DNA of 64,000 nucleotides from Candidatus Aminicenantes bacterium (GCA_011772475.1 WVZK01000086.1:4406-68405); one strand, 5' to 3'. Positions 1-9,204 are shown, counted from the first letter of the stretch. Program-made: numbers and translations. The notes: a model not told the origin generated them from the letters alone.

Positions 1-715
1 CCAGGAGCATATCTCCAATTTTAAACAGAACTTCACCCAGCATTACACCTCCGAGGGTATTAAGAGCAAGATCATTTGAAGAAGGATGGATCGCTTCAAA
101 AAAAACCTCCCAGGTATAGCTCCCAAAAGCAGAACAGACTGTGGATTCCAGGAAATTTAATCCATTCGCCCTTCCTATTGAATAATGAACTGCGCCATGA
201 TAGGGATGTGCTAATTTGTTCATTCTGTACATATCGATATCAAAATCAAAACCAGTTGAGAGATTTTTTAAGATGGATTTCATCGAAATTTTTGTCCACG
301 GTCGAGGATCTATATACCTGCTAAAAGCCCATAATGCTACATTGACGTACGTAATTTCTAGGGCTGCCTTTGAATAGCTCTTCTTGTTTCTTTTTATGGA
401 GAATGTTTCGGAAGGAACCTTAAAGGAAAAAGTCGCTGAGTCCATTGCTGCCAGACTAAACCGGGCTGTGTAAGCGGTTTGTTTTCGCACGTAATTCTCG
501 GATGATAGGGACTCGTTAACGTTGGGCTCTAATATATCTGCCGAATTCTCTATATCGTCGGAGATAGTAAAGGCATGAGAATTTATCTTATAATCAAAGG
601 TAAGCTTTTGGTAATTGGATGATAGAATAAGAGTGTCATTTTTTTCTGCCGCAAATAAGTTCGTAAAACTTATTAAACACACAACCAGAGCTGTAGCAGT
701 AATTGTTTTTTTCAT
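1..715 (-). CDS. DUF3943-like outer-membrane-associated protein, C-terminus truncated by the window edge
   Basis: Hand translation of the minus strand from ATG at 715 stays open to base 1: MKKTITATALVVCLISFTNLFAAEKNDTLILSS...HPYHGAVHYSIGRANGLNFLESTVCSAFGSYTWEVFFEAIHPSSNDLALNTLGGVMLGEVLFKIGDMLL. It has a signal peptide and DUF3943-like HPYHG / PS-NDL--N-LGG--LGE motifs. Absent from the ORF track because there is no stop codon in the window. Confidence 0.82.
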   Translation of the reverse strand, partial: MKKTITATALVVCLISFTNLFAAEKNDTLILSSNYQKLTFDYKINSHAFTISDDIENSADILEPNVNESLSSENYVRKQTAYTARFSLAAMDSATFSFKVPSETFSIKRNKKSYSKAALEITYVNVALWAFSRYIDPRPWTKISMKSILKNLSTGFDFDIDMYRMNKLAHPYHGAVHYSIGRANGLNFLESTVCSAFGSYTWEVFFEAIHPSSNDLALNTLGGVMLGEVLFKIGDMLL

Positions 716-804
716 TTTTTCTTAATTTACTCTGCTAGAGGGCTTATAGACTGTCTAAAATGCGCTCATCCAAAGCGCTTTTTGACAGCTTCGTATCCAA
801 TAAA

Positions 805-833
805 AAGATAACGGTTTTATCAATATTTGTCAA
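805..833 (-). promoter_or_regulatory. sigma70-type promoter for the DUF3943-like gene
   Basis: Minus strand TTGACA (828-833), 17 nt spacer, TATCTT (805-810). Confidence 0.5.
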
Positions 834-891
834 TAGCAAGGAAAATTAGCCAGGGTAAAGCATTTCTATTGAGAAAGGAAATTTTCCTCTC

Positions 892-920
892 TTGACATGT
901 AATCTAAATAAATTTAATTT
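892..920 (+). promoter_or_regulatory. sigma70-type promoter for the 963 gene
   Basis: TTGACA (892-897), 17 nt, TAATTT (915-920). Confidence 0.45.
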
Positions 921-962
921 TATATTCGCGCCTAAAAGCCTTTAGACATCGGACTTATATCA

Positions 963-2984
963 ATGAATAACGTTAAAGAACATTTATGTGATGATGATCC
1001 TGCTAAGGGCCATCCTGATGTCAGAACGAAGCTCAAAGATGTGTCTTATTTTTTTCTCGGTAATGGACACATTCAGGCTGCTGTTCAAATCGCTCCTTCC
1101 GGGGAAGGAACACCCATAGGCCTATTGATCATGAATCCGGAGCATCTGGGGAAAAAGCGAGAAGCTTTAACCTTTGATCCAGATTCCGGACTGGAAAACA
1201 CTATGATCCGCATCATCTCTGCGCCGACCGCTAAAACCACAGGAACCAGAGCTCTTGAAGCTGGTTGGCTTGAGGGATATGAAATCCCTGTTGCCCAGAT
1301 CATATGGCGGGGTGGTAATTTCCAAGTCGCTGAGTACTTTTACTGCCCGAACTTATCTCATCCCGAGATTATGCGCGAGGTTCGCCTAAGAAACATAAGC
1401 AACCTTACAATTAAGGCTCGCCTGAAAACAGGAGTTCTTGATAAAACTATTGATGAGGAATTCTATTTACAACCTGAAGGAATAAAAATAGTATTACTCC
1501 GTTATACTTTGAATAGTTCAGGGAAACATATTACTCTTGATTTGGTGCCGAAAGGGGGAATAGGCCGTAAAGCCCTTCAGTATTGGAAAGAGAAAGCTTG
1601 TGCCTCGTTTGGTTCGCCTATCTTGGATCATTTTTTTACCGCATCACAGTTTCAATTGCCTGCAGTTGTCTCGAAGTTTGGAAAAGTAGATGGTAATATC
1701 TGGCAGCATAACCGTGAACGGGCTAGGGATCAGGCGATGGTGGCTGTGGGTTTGACAATAACAGGCCACTATGAGATTGCTTACAGGATACTCGACCGCA
1801 TGATTGAAGAATTTGTGACCAAGAAAGGGGATATCACAGATTCCGAAAAGGCGCGAGGTTCAGACGAGATAGATTTAGATCAGAATGGATCGCTTCTCTT
1901 TGCCTTGAAAAACTATGTTCTCTGGACTGACTCCTATGAAATAGTTACAAAACACTGGAACAAAATTGTAGCTGCTGCCGAGTTTCCTCTAGCTGGTGCT
2001 TTTGTTCATAGCCGCTCTGGCTTATTAGCCAACAGAAAGGAGTACTGGGGGCGACACCAGACTCATGGGATTGTAAAAGGGATGGAGTTAGCCCATCAAT
2101 TGTTTGCTGTCCTAGGGCTTTCTGCGGCTTCCACCATTGCCTCACTTATCTCCCGAAAATCTGAAGCGTCACACTGGAAACATAAAGCAGAACGGATAAT
2201 GAACGCCACCTTAGACGAAGCTCAATACGGCCTGGTTGATGCTCGTGGGTTCATCAAAAGGCGCGGTATCGATGGGGTAATTCAGGAAATTGTCAAGCCT
2301 CTGCCTAAAGCTCAATTTCCAGAAGGATCCCCATTATCTTTGAAGGGTGAGCATCGCCTCAACCCTGATGCTACATCTGTTCTACCCATCGCTATGGGCA
2401 TTATATCTCCAGATTCTCCTCTGGCATCATTGACATTGGATAGTGTCGAGAAACTTTGGAATCAAGCTTGGAAGGATGGAGGCTACGGGCGATATGATAT
2501 AAGTTCAGAACCTGATTCTCCTGGCTCCTGGCCTATCGCCTCCTTATTTGTTGCCCGTTCTTATGCTGAAACTGGAAATTTTGATAAAATGTGGAGAACG
2601 TTAGAGTGGCTTAATTCAGCACCTGGCGCTTTGTCTGGTTCATGGTTTGAATTTTACGGACAGCGTTTAGATCCGCGATTTTCTCAGGAAGGTATTGCAC
2701 CCTGGATTTGGGCAGAAATGCTAATCCTGCTGATTCACCATATCATAGGGATTCAGCCCGACGTAGACCATCTCCGGATAAGGCCAAAATTGGTCCCTGG
2801 AATAGAAAAAATCACCGCATCTTTCCCGCTGAGAGATAGAAAGATAAATATCGAAATTAAGAGTGGTCGCAAAAAGAAATCTTATGGCTTTAGTTCGGAC
2901 GGGAAAATCATACAATCATCAGAAAAGGAAGCCTATATTTCCTATCCCGAAAAAGACATTTGGGTTGAAGCTTCTCTGCCTTAG
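963..2984 (+). CDS. (alpha/alpha)6-barrel glycoside-hydrolase-like protein
   Basis: 673 aa. Contains FLGNGHIQAAVQ, YGRYDISSEPDSPGSWPIASLFVARSYAETG, PWIWAEMLILLIHHIIGIQPDVDHLRIRPKLVPG, typical of six-hairpin glycosidases (GH15/GH65/GH78-like). Exact family uncertain. Confidence 0.65.
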   Translation: MNNVKEHLCDDDPAKGHPDVRTKLKDVSYFFLGNGHIQAAVQIAPSGEGTPIGLLIMNPEHLGKKREALTFDPDSGLENTMIRIISAPTAKTTGTRALEAGWLEGYEIPVAQIIWRGGNFQVAEYFYCPNLSHPEIMREVRLRNISNLTIKARLKTGVLDKTIDEEFYLQPEGIKIVLLRYTLNSSGKHITLDLVPKGGIGRKALQYWKEKACASFGSPILDHFFTASQFQLPAVVSKFGKVDGNIWQHNRERARDQAMVAVGLTITGHYEIAYRILDRMIEEFVTKKGDITDSEKARGSDEIDLDQNGSLLFALKNYVLWTDSYEIVTKHWNKIVAAAEFPLAGAFVHSRSGLLANRKEYWGRHQTHGIVKGMELAHQLFAVLGLSAASTIASLISRKSEASHWKHKAERIMNATLDEAQYGLVDARGFIKRRGIDGVIQEIVKPLPKAQFPEGSPLSLKGEHRLNPDATSVLPIAMGIISPDSPLASLTLDSVEKLWNQAWKDGGYGRYDISSEPDSPGSWPIASLFVARSYAETGNFDKMWRTLEWLNSAPGALSGSWFEFYGQRLDPRFSQEGIAPWIWAEMLILLIHHIIGIQPDVDHLRIRPKLVPGIEKITASFPLRDRKINIEIKSGRKKKSYGFSSDGKIIQSSEKEAYISYPEKDIWVEASLP

Positions 2985-3141
2985 CGTTTTAATAATAGCT
3001 AACCGGGGTTAGGCCTTGCCAGAAGGAAAAGATATTGGCGTGTTTTTTGTCAATGGGGTCATTCCTTTCCCTAAGGAGAAGATTTTAGCATGCTTTTTGT
3101 CCTTACGCTATTCCGATGGATAAGGCCTAACGCCGATATTT

Positions 3142-3170
3142 TTGACATCAAATTTTTCCTGTGCTATAGG
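3142..3170 (+). promoter_or_regulatory. Promoter with extended -10; member of the conserved promoter-core family
   Basis: TTGACA TCAAATTTTTCCTGTGC TATAGG, 17-nt spacer, TG-n upstream of -10; 43 nt before the likely ATG at 3213. Confidence 0.65.
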
Positions 3171-3212
3171 ACTATTTTAAATTTATTCATGGCTAATAAG
3201 AGAGAGGGTGGA

Positions 3213-3866
3213 ATGCTAAGAAAAATAGTTTTGGTCATCGTTATCATTAGTGTTTTATGGGTGAATTACGGCTGCGTTGCACAAGAACAAAATATTCGTT
3301 GGGTTACTTTAAAAGATATTGCTAAGAGTCTGGAGAATCAACAGCCGATGAATGTTGGATTTGATATTGATGATACTGTGTTGTTTTCAAGCCCAGGCTA
3401 TTACTATGGACGACAGAAGTATTCCCCAGGAAACAAAGGTTTTGCAATTATGGAAGAATTTTGGAATGAAATGAACAACGGGCTTGATCAATTCAGCATT
3501 CCCAAAGAATGTGCCCGAAGATTGATTGAATTGCATAAAAAAAGAGGCGACTCAATTTATTTCATAACGGCGAGAACAAAAACTAAAACAGAATCAGTTA
3601 CTGAGCTTCTTGCAAAGACTTTCGATTTAGAGAATCCACATAAAGTAATTTTTGCTGGCATCAAGCTTGGGGAAAATTTAAAAATCAAACCGATAAAGGA
3701 AAATAAAATTCAAATATTTTATGGAGACGCAGACTCTGATATTGAAGCTGCTTTAGAAGCGGGAATCCGAGCGATAAGAATTATGCGGGCTGTAAATTCC
3801 ACAAATAAGCCACTGCCCTGCAACGGAAGCTTCGGGGAGGAAGTTCTTGTTAATTCAGAGTATTGA
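3213..3866 (+). CDS. HAD-family class B acid phosphatase-like lipoprotein
   Basis: Track ORF starts at 3090, but MLRKIVLVIVIISVLWVNYGCVAQ at 3213 looks like a lipoprotein signal. Motifs NVGFDIDDTVLF and FYGDADSDIEAALEAG resemble AphA. Confidence 0.78.
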   Translation: MLRKIVLVIVIISVLWVNYGCVAQEQNIRWVTLKDIAKSLENQQPMNVGFDIDDTVLFSSPGYYYGRQKYSPGNKGFAIMEEFWNEMNNGLDQFSIPKECARRLIELHKKRGDSIYFITARTKTKTESVTELLAKTFDLENPHKVIFAGIKLGENLKIKPIKENKIQIFYGDADSDIEAALEAGIRAIRIMRAVNSTNKPLPCNGSFGEEVLVNSEY

Positions 3867-3872
3867 GAGGCC

Positions 3873-4709
3873 CTATTTTAGTCCTAAAATAGCGGCAGCG
3901 TTTTCATAGAGGATTTTTCTTATAGATTCTTCAGCCAGGGGAAGTTCTTTTATAGCTTCAATATTGCTGTTGATTGTCTTTATTCCTGGCCAATCTGATC
4001 CGTAGACAAATTTCTCGATGTCTTTCTCCATCTCAGGAAAATAATTCAGCAGATTTTTAGGGGGCAGTCCTGAAATTTCCAGATAAATATTAGGATGAAG
4101 TCGAGATAGAAAAAATGCTTTTTCATACCAGAGACCTCTTCCGCTGTGAGCCATGAGGAGGAGAAGGTCAGGAAAATCGGAAGCCACGTCATCCAGATAG
4201 ATGGGATCAGCATACTTTACTTTTGAACCTTTAAACACAGAGGAGCCTGTATGGATGAGAACCGGTAGTCTATGCTCTTGGGCTATTTCATAAAGAGGAT
4301 AGAGAGAGCTATCATTTGGGTAGAAGTGATTGTAAGAAGGATAAAGTTTTATTCCTTTTACACCCATCTTGATGTATTTTCTAAGTTCCTGGGTTGGCTG
4401 ACTGACCAGTAAGGGATTAACAGTACAAAAGGGAAGGAAAGTGTCATTGCCCAGGCAAAAATCGATGACATATTCGTTAGAAACAACGCCAGTGGTAATA
4501 GGACTTATTTCAGGTAGGATCACGGCCTTTTCTATTTGATGGCTCTTGAGGTAGGCAGCAAACCTCTTCGGATCAATCATTTCCTCATAGCGTTCATAAT
4601 ACTCTGAATGTGCTTTTTTTTGGTAGGCGTGGATCCATTCATACCAGTGTTCTTTGAGACCGATGTGGACATGGAAATCGATGATTTTTATTTCATCTAG
4701 TTTTTTCAT
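3873..4709 (-). CDS. Amidohydrolase family (TIM-barrel metal-dependent hydrolase)
   Basis: IIDFHVHIG, GVKGIKLYPSYNHFYPND, LPVLIHTGSSVF, LLLLMAHSG, FVYGSDWPG. Confidence 0.85.
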   Translation of the reverse strand: MKKLDEIKIIDFHVHIGLKEHWYEWIHAYQKKAHSEYYERYEEMIDPKRFAAYLKSHQIEKAVILPEISPITTGVVSNEYVIDFCLGNDTFLPFCTVNPLLVSQPTQELRKYIKMGVKGIKLYPSYNHFYPNDSSLYPLYEIAQEHRLPVLIHTGSSVFKGSKVKYADPIYLDDVASDFPDLLLLMAHSGRGLWYEKAFFLSRLHPNIYLEISGLPPKNLLNYFPEMEKDIEKFVYGSDWPGIKTINSNIEAIKELPLAEESIRKILYENAAAILGLK

Positions 4710-4865
4710 TCTCGTTAGAAGATAAAAAACATAAACTCATCTATTTCCAGAATCTCCCGTGACGTTCACTGTTTTGAGAAAAGACGAGGGGGATTATCAT
4801 TCTTTACGGGATAAGAAAAGATATAAGGCCAGGTGATGTTAGTAGATTTTGGTTTTTGATTTCCG

Positions 4866-5141
4866 TTATGTTTGCTCTTCTATTTTACTGGTGTTTTCTT
4901 CTTTTTTAGCTTTTAATTTTTCTTCGAGTTCTTTGATCTTGAGGATGAGTGTTTCTTTTTCTTTTTTCTTCATCCTTTTTAGAATTCTAACAACCACTCC
5001 CACAATACAAGCTATAATTAGTGTGTTGATAATAGCAGAAACTGAGTATGGCGACTTCATTTGCATTGTGAAAAGGATATCCAACTGCGCTAAGAAGGAT
5101 AGAATTACCAAAACAAGCAGTATCAAAACCCACCAGAGCAT
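4866..5141 (-). CDS. Small membrane protein with C-terminal coiled coil
   Basis: 91 aa, two hydrophobic stretches then a Lys/Glu-rich heptad-like tail. A promoter of the shared family lies just upstream at 5209-5236. Confidence 0.6.
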   Translation of the reverse strand: MLWWVLILLVLVILSFLAQLDILFTMQMKSPYSVSAIINTLIIACIVGVVVRILKRMKKKEKETLILKIKELEEKLKAKKEENTSKIEEQT

Positions 5142-5208
5142 TTGGCACTCTCCTTCAGGGTAATGAAAATTCCCTTCTCGAGTTTAAATGCAAAAATTTC
5201 TCGTATAG

Positions 5209-5236
5209 CTTATAGCAAAGGAAAACCTGAAGTCAA
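5209..5236 (-). promoter_or_regulatory. Promoter of the conserved core family for the 91-aa gene
   Basis: Minus strand TTGACT TCAGGTTTTCCTTTGC TATAAG (16-nt spacer). Confidence 0.6.
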
Positions 5237-5245
5237 GAGAGCATT

Positions 5246-6205
5246 TTATTCAGGAACATACTTGATTTTAAATTTATTAAGTGTCACTCCCTCATCTGCC
5301 CTTGAATAGAGGAAATCGTTACTGTCAATATAAATACAGTGGCTTGAATCAGGCAACGTAAAAGTAGTCAAGTGCTTGCCGCCCGGGCTGAGGACATAGA
5401 CGTCACAGCTTGGATTTTTAGAAAAACTGCCGCCCAAAATGAATAAATTTCCTGAACTATCCAGAGCTATATCTTTGTAGACAAATTTGGTGGGAAGCAC
5501 GAATTGTCCAATTTTTTCTTTTTTGATATCTTTGATGCCCAGCAATTTTTGAGACCATATTTTTATTCCTTCAGGATCAAATTTTTCAATTTTATCTTGG
5601 TAGTTGTAAACAAGATAAAGGTTCCCCTGAGAATCAAGATCAAAGTTCACCACATCAGTCAGAAGACGTGATTTTTTGTCAGAGTACTGGAGCTCGCGTT
5701 TGATCTTTCCTTTTGAGTTAAGGATGAAAATCATCCCTGCTTTAGCCGTGGAGACGGTGGTAACTGCAATCTCGTCGTCTTCGAGAACTTTCAAATCGTA
5801 AACAGGTACTGAAACTGAAATGCCGTGGCTATAATTTAAATCTTTATCAAAAACCTGAATGCCGGATTTGAACTGATCAGTGACATAAAGAAGCTCGCTG
5901 GAGATTCCTAAATACCTTGGAGCTAAGAATTCTCCCGGGCCTTGTCCTTTTCGCCCAGTTTTCTTTATGAGATTTCCCTTGTCATCGAATTTTTTCAGTG
6001 AATAATCCATGTTATCAGTAACATAAATATGACCAGTGGAATCAGAGATAACTCCTACCCATTGAAATAAAACATCGTCCTCCAAGCTTCCTATAGATAG
6101 AACCTCTTCAAGTAATATTTTTTGGATATCATTTCCGCCTAAGCCAGGGAGATTCATCTGAAAAGCGATTGATAAAAGATAGACAAGAAATAATGGTTTT
6201 TTCAA
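5246..6205 (-). CDS. 6-bladed beta-propeller / NHL-like secreted protein
   Basis: 319 aa with repeated F(D)xxGN(L/I)xxx, DSQGNLYL, DSSGNLFIL, DSNDFLY. TTG start with AAGGAGG upstream. Confidence 0.8.
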   Translation of the reverse strand: MKKPLFLVYLLSIAFQMNLPGLGGNDIQKILLEEVLSIGSLEDDVLFQWVGVISDSTGHIYVTDNMDYSLKKFDDKGNLIKKTGRKGQGPGEFLAPRYLGISSELLYVTDQFKSGIQVFDKDLNYSHGISVSVPVYDLKVLEDDEIAVTTVSTAKAGMIFILNSKGKIKRELQYSDKKSRLLTDVVNFDLDSQGNLYLVYNYQDKIEKFDPEGIKIWSQKLLGIKDIKKEKIGQFVLPTKFVYKDIALDSSGNLFILGGSFSKNPSCDVYVLSPGGKHLTTFTLPDSSHCIYIDSNDFLYSRADEGVTLNKFKIKYVPE

Positions 6206-6262
6206 CTTTTTTGTTTCCTCCTTGGGAATTCGTGATTACCTATGCTTTCATACTGCGAGAGA

Positions 6263-6493
6263 TTAATTTTCAAGGTATTTTCTGCAAAAAATCCAGCCAT
6301 TAACGCAGTAGGCAACATCTGTGTATACCCTAGCGAAAAAGGGGATGTTCAATATCGCGTCGAGCAAACAATTCGAAAGAGCTTTTTCACACCTCCCAGC
6401 CTCCATCGGAGATACATTTACGCTAAAGAATATCGTAATAATGATCAAGATTAGAAATGCTTTTTTTATGTGTTTTTGGATTTGTGAAATCAT
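6263..6493 (-). CDS. Small secreted four-cysteine protein (paralog B)
   Basis: 76 aa: MISQIQKHIKKAFLILIIITIFFSVNVSPMEAGRCEKALSNCLLDAILNIPFFARVYTDVAYCVNGWIFCRKYLEN. Signal peptide; CTAAAGGAGG Shine-Dalgarno on the minus strand just before the ATG. Confidence 0.8.
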   Translation of the reverse strand: MISQIQKHIKKAFLILIIITIFFSVNVSPMEAGRCEKALSNCLLDAILNIPFFARVYTDVAYCVNGWIFCRKYLEN

Positions 6494-6569
6494 GTTTTCC
6501 CTCCTTTAGTCTTTAATTTCCTGTAAAGTTTCTTCTTATAATAGCCCGTGTGCGATGTATGTGAGCTTA

Positions 6570-6857
6570 TCAATATTCATAATAGCGCTTGCAGAAGTGG
6601 TAGCCACCAAGGCACATGGTTGAGTAGGAACCGCCTGCTGCGACCGCGCCGAGCATAGAGCCAAACATGTTGCCTGAAAAAAAGCCAGCGATAGCTCCCA
6701 GCACAGTGGCAATTCCGGCATCGATCATGCAGTTCAATAAAGCTCTTGAGCATTGTCCTGCATTGAGTTGGTCGGGAGCTACAAACATCGTGAAAAGAGA
6801 CATGAATAGAAATCCAGCAATTAATTTTTTGGCATTTTTTCCTCTTAAATTGTTCAT
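6570..6857 (-). CDS. Small secreted four-cysteine, glycine-rich protein (paralog A)
   Basis: 95 aa: signal peptide then GQCSRALLNCMIDAGIATVLGAIAGFFSGNMFGSMLGAVAAGGSYSTMCLGGYHFCKRYYEY. CTAAAGGAGGT ribosome-binding site before the ATG. Same Cys spacing as 6263-6493. Confidence 0.82.
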   Translation of the reverse strand: MNNLRGKNAKKLIAGFLFMSLFTMFVAPDQLNAGQCSRALLNCMIDAGIATVLGAIAGFFSGNMFGSMLGAVAAGGSYSTMCLGGYHFCKRYYEY

Positions 6858-7077
6858 CCTAATACCTCCTTTAGATTGTTATTATGGCTGACTAAGATTA
6901 TTTAAAAATAATGATATTTAAAGAAGATTTCGTTCGTATTTATTATCGATTGTCTTCTCTTTTCTTTGACGGATATTTGACGAGAAAATCTCACTTTCAA
7001 ACCTTTCCAACTTTTATAGTTTGCGTGACATTGAGGTCAGATCTGTAAAACTTGAATTATAAGAAAATTGGGCCAAC

Positions 7078-7100
7078 AAAATGGGGCCAGGCCCCATTTT
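7078..7100. repeat. GGGGCC-A-GGCCCC palindromic element
   Basis: AAAATGGGGCC A GGCCCCATTTT, perfect 11-bp arms. Confidence 0.9.
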
Positions 7101-7228
7101 CTCCTGATGTTAAGATAGAGGATTAGGTCCTTAAATAAGAATTGGATTGAAACGGAGTCAGACTTTCCAGACTTTTATAACATGGATATTAAGCTACAGT
7201 TAAATAGGAACGGGGGATGGGAGAGAGG

Positions 7229-8452
7229 TCAGCATTTCTGTTGTTTTGTTGCCTTTTTTTTGGCCTCGTTCACATGCAAACCTAGATAATAGGGCTTTTG
7301 AGCTGCAAAGGCTTTTGCTTGTTCGAGTATTGCCTCCTCGACATACTTGGGGGTATAACGCCATGTTTCGTAATCAAAAGTCATTGAGCGTGTGAAATAC
7401 AGAGGCTTGAGGGCTTCTACAATATCTTTTCTGGCTTTTGGAGAACCATTCCTGTAAGAAAACAGGAGCTGATAAACCAGCTGGGTCCACATCAGAATAT
7501 CAATGCTGTACATATCATGATCAAACATTTTTGCCAGGCTCGAACTGGCATAATCACTTAGAATTCTTTTTAGAAGCTTTTCTCGTGGATAATACTCTTG
7601 CCTCAATTTATTTTTTAGCTCTCTCATATCGATCTTCAGTTCCTGCGGTAGACCAAGCTCTTTAAGGCCAAATCTTTTTTTAGGCGTGGGCTTCGACACT
7701 GGAATGCTTATCCAGGATGACTCTCGGGAGAGGAGCAGATCGAATAAAGTTGTAATCACCTGCGTAAACATGGGTCCGAGCTTAGGTGCACTTGCTTTGT
7801 GTATTTTTGCCCCAAGGCCTGTTTCGCAAATCTTGAAGTTGCCGAAAATGGCATGGAGCGTCATAAAAACATCAACGCCATACTGTTTTGCCTGAGTATC
7901 CCATTTTTGCTTTAACCAGTAATTCATAAGAGCCGGGGAAAAGCCAAGTTCACCACCAATAGGTTGCCGCAAATCCCTCCCTAATAATCCATAAAACAGC
8001 GGATAACAGATATGGTTGGTTATGGTTCCGTCGAATTGATGCCGAGAATACAGGGGCAAAGAATAATCATAGCCTTTAAGAATTGGCTCACCTAAGTACT
8101 TTATCCACTCAGGAGTAATCGAACGCAGGTCAGCATCAACAGTTAAAGCCGCCTTTAGGGTAGTGGCGTGGCCTTTCGCAAACCTTAGAAAATTAAAGAG
8201 GTTATTTCCTTTGCCTTTCACTCCTTCAGGGGTTGTAATATAGTGCTTTGGATTTTTTGTATCAGTGGCTAGAAATGACCCTTTTGTATCATCTTCGCTA
8301 TTGTTATCAACGTTTAGAATAATTGACTTGAGATTGCCGAAGTATCTTGAGAGACCAATATCAACCTGTTTTGTAACATAAGGTATTGTGTCTGCTTCCA
8401 TGTAGGAAGGAATTGCCACTATAAACTCAATGCCAGACCTCATGCTTCTCAT
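7229..8452 (-). CDS. GT-A fold glycosyltransferase (glucosyl-3-phosphoglycerate / mannosylglycerate synthase-like)
   Basis: EFIVAIPSYMEADTIPYVTKQVD, IILNVDNNSEDDTK, GVKGKGNNLFNFLRFAK, TVDADLRSITPEWI, PIGGELGFS. Confidence 0.7.
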   Translation of the reverse strand: MRSMRSGIEFIVAIPSYMEADTIPYVTKQVDIGLSRYFGNLKSIILNVDNNSEDDTKGSFLATDTKNPKHYITTPEGVKGKGNNLFNFLRFAKGHATTLKAALTVDADLRSITPEWIKYLGEPILKGYDYSLPLYSRHQFDGTITNHICYPLFYGLLGRDLRQPIGGELGFSPALMNYWLKQKWDTQAKQYGVDVFMTLHAIFGNFKICETGLGAKIHKASAPKLGPMFTQVITTLFDLLLSRESSWISIPVSKPTPKKRFGLKELGLPQELKIDMRELKNKLRQEYYPREKLLKRILSDYASSSLAKMFDHDMYSIDILMWTQLVYQLLFSYRNGSPKARKDIVEALKPLYFTRSMTFDYETWRYTPKYVEEAILEQAKAFAAQKPYYLGLHVNEAKKKATKQQKC

Positions 8453-8657
8453 CCTAAAAATTCCTCCTCTTCCTTTTTTTTGTTTATAAATAATCTAAGA
8501 AATTTTCAAGCAACAGGATTTCCTCGATAATTTCGATATCTAGAATGGTATCTCTCCTGCGGCAAGGTGCACATTATAGGCAGATTTTATATATTTGTCT
8601 ATTATTAAAAGCATTCTACCGCGTATCTCCTCTTCCATATGGCTTAAATTAGCTACA

Positions 8658-8685
8658 AGTATATTTAATTAGTAATTTTTGTCAA
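8658..8685 (-). promoter_or_regulatory. sigma70-type promoter for the glycosyltransferase
   Basis: Minus strand TTGACA (8680-8685), 16 nt, TATACT (8658-8663). Confidence 0.5.
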
Positions 8686-8836
8686 AAAGTATATGAAGAA
8701 ACGTCATAGAGCTGTTAAAGAAGATCCCTGGATTTTTTGGGGCAAGCGTACTTTTCTTCTACTTCATTCATGCTAAAAACAGTAGAAAATAGACGAAACC
8801 TACATTTAAAAGCAGTAATAAAAAGTCATTTTTTCC

Positions 8837-8865
8837 TTGAATAAATTTTTATTTTAATTTATAAG
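8837..8865 (+). promoter_or_regulatory. sigma70-type promoter for the cold-shock gene
   Basis: TTGAAT, 17 nt, TATAAG; implies a 5' UTR of about 125 nt. Confidence 0.55.
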
Positions 8866-8997
8866 TTATATTTCGACATAAGAAATGGCCCTGCTTTATC
8901 GGGGGTCGGCTTTGCTCTAAAGGATTTTTCCCTATGACAGAGCCGCGACCTAAGGCTTGGGACCATAAGTTAAAATTTTTTAAAGGAGGTCGAAGCT

Positions 8998-9204
8998 TTG
9001 CCGAAAGGGATCGTAAAGTGGTTCAACGACAAAAAGGGATACGGCTTCATTAAAGAAGAAGACGGTCGGGATATATTCGTTCACTTTTCATCAATCACTA
9101 TGCCAGGTTTCAAAACACTCGCTGAAGGCGAAGAAGTAAGTTTTGACATAGAAGAAAGCGACCGCGGACCCGTAGCCAAGAACGTCGTTAAGTCTGAGCA
9201 ATAG
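8998..9204 (+). CDS. Cold-shock protein, CspA family
   Basis: [34 protein letters not shown]1 and RNP2 motifs. TTG start with AAAGGAGGT. Confidence 0.95.
   Translation: MPKGIVKWFNDKKGYGFIKEEDGRDIFVHFSSITMPGFKTLAEGEEVSFDIEESDRGPVAKNVVKSEQ

Noticed and set aside
76-324. 82-aa plus-strand ORF from the track
   Set aside because: Antisense to the DUF3943-like reading frame, which has a signal peptide and family motifs.
3090-3212. N-terminal 41 aa of the track ORF for the phosphatase
   Set aside because: It overlaps the promoter core TTGACA-N17-TATAGG; the lipoprotein signal begins at 3213.
6263-6857. Calling the small Cys proteins a bacteriocin outright
   Set aside because: There is no adjacent immunity, ABC exporter or modification gene; they have Sec-type signals, so the function is left open.
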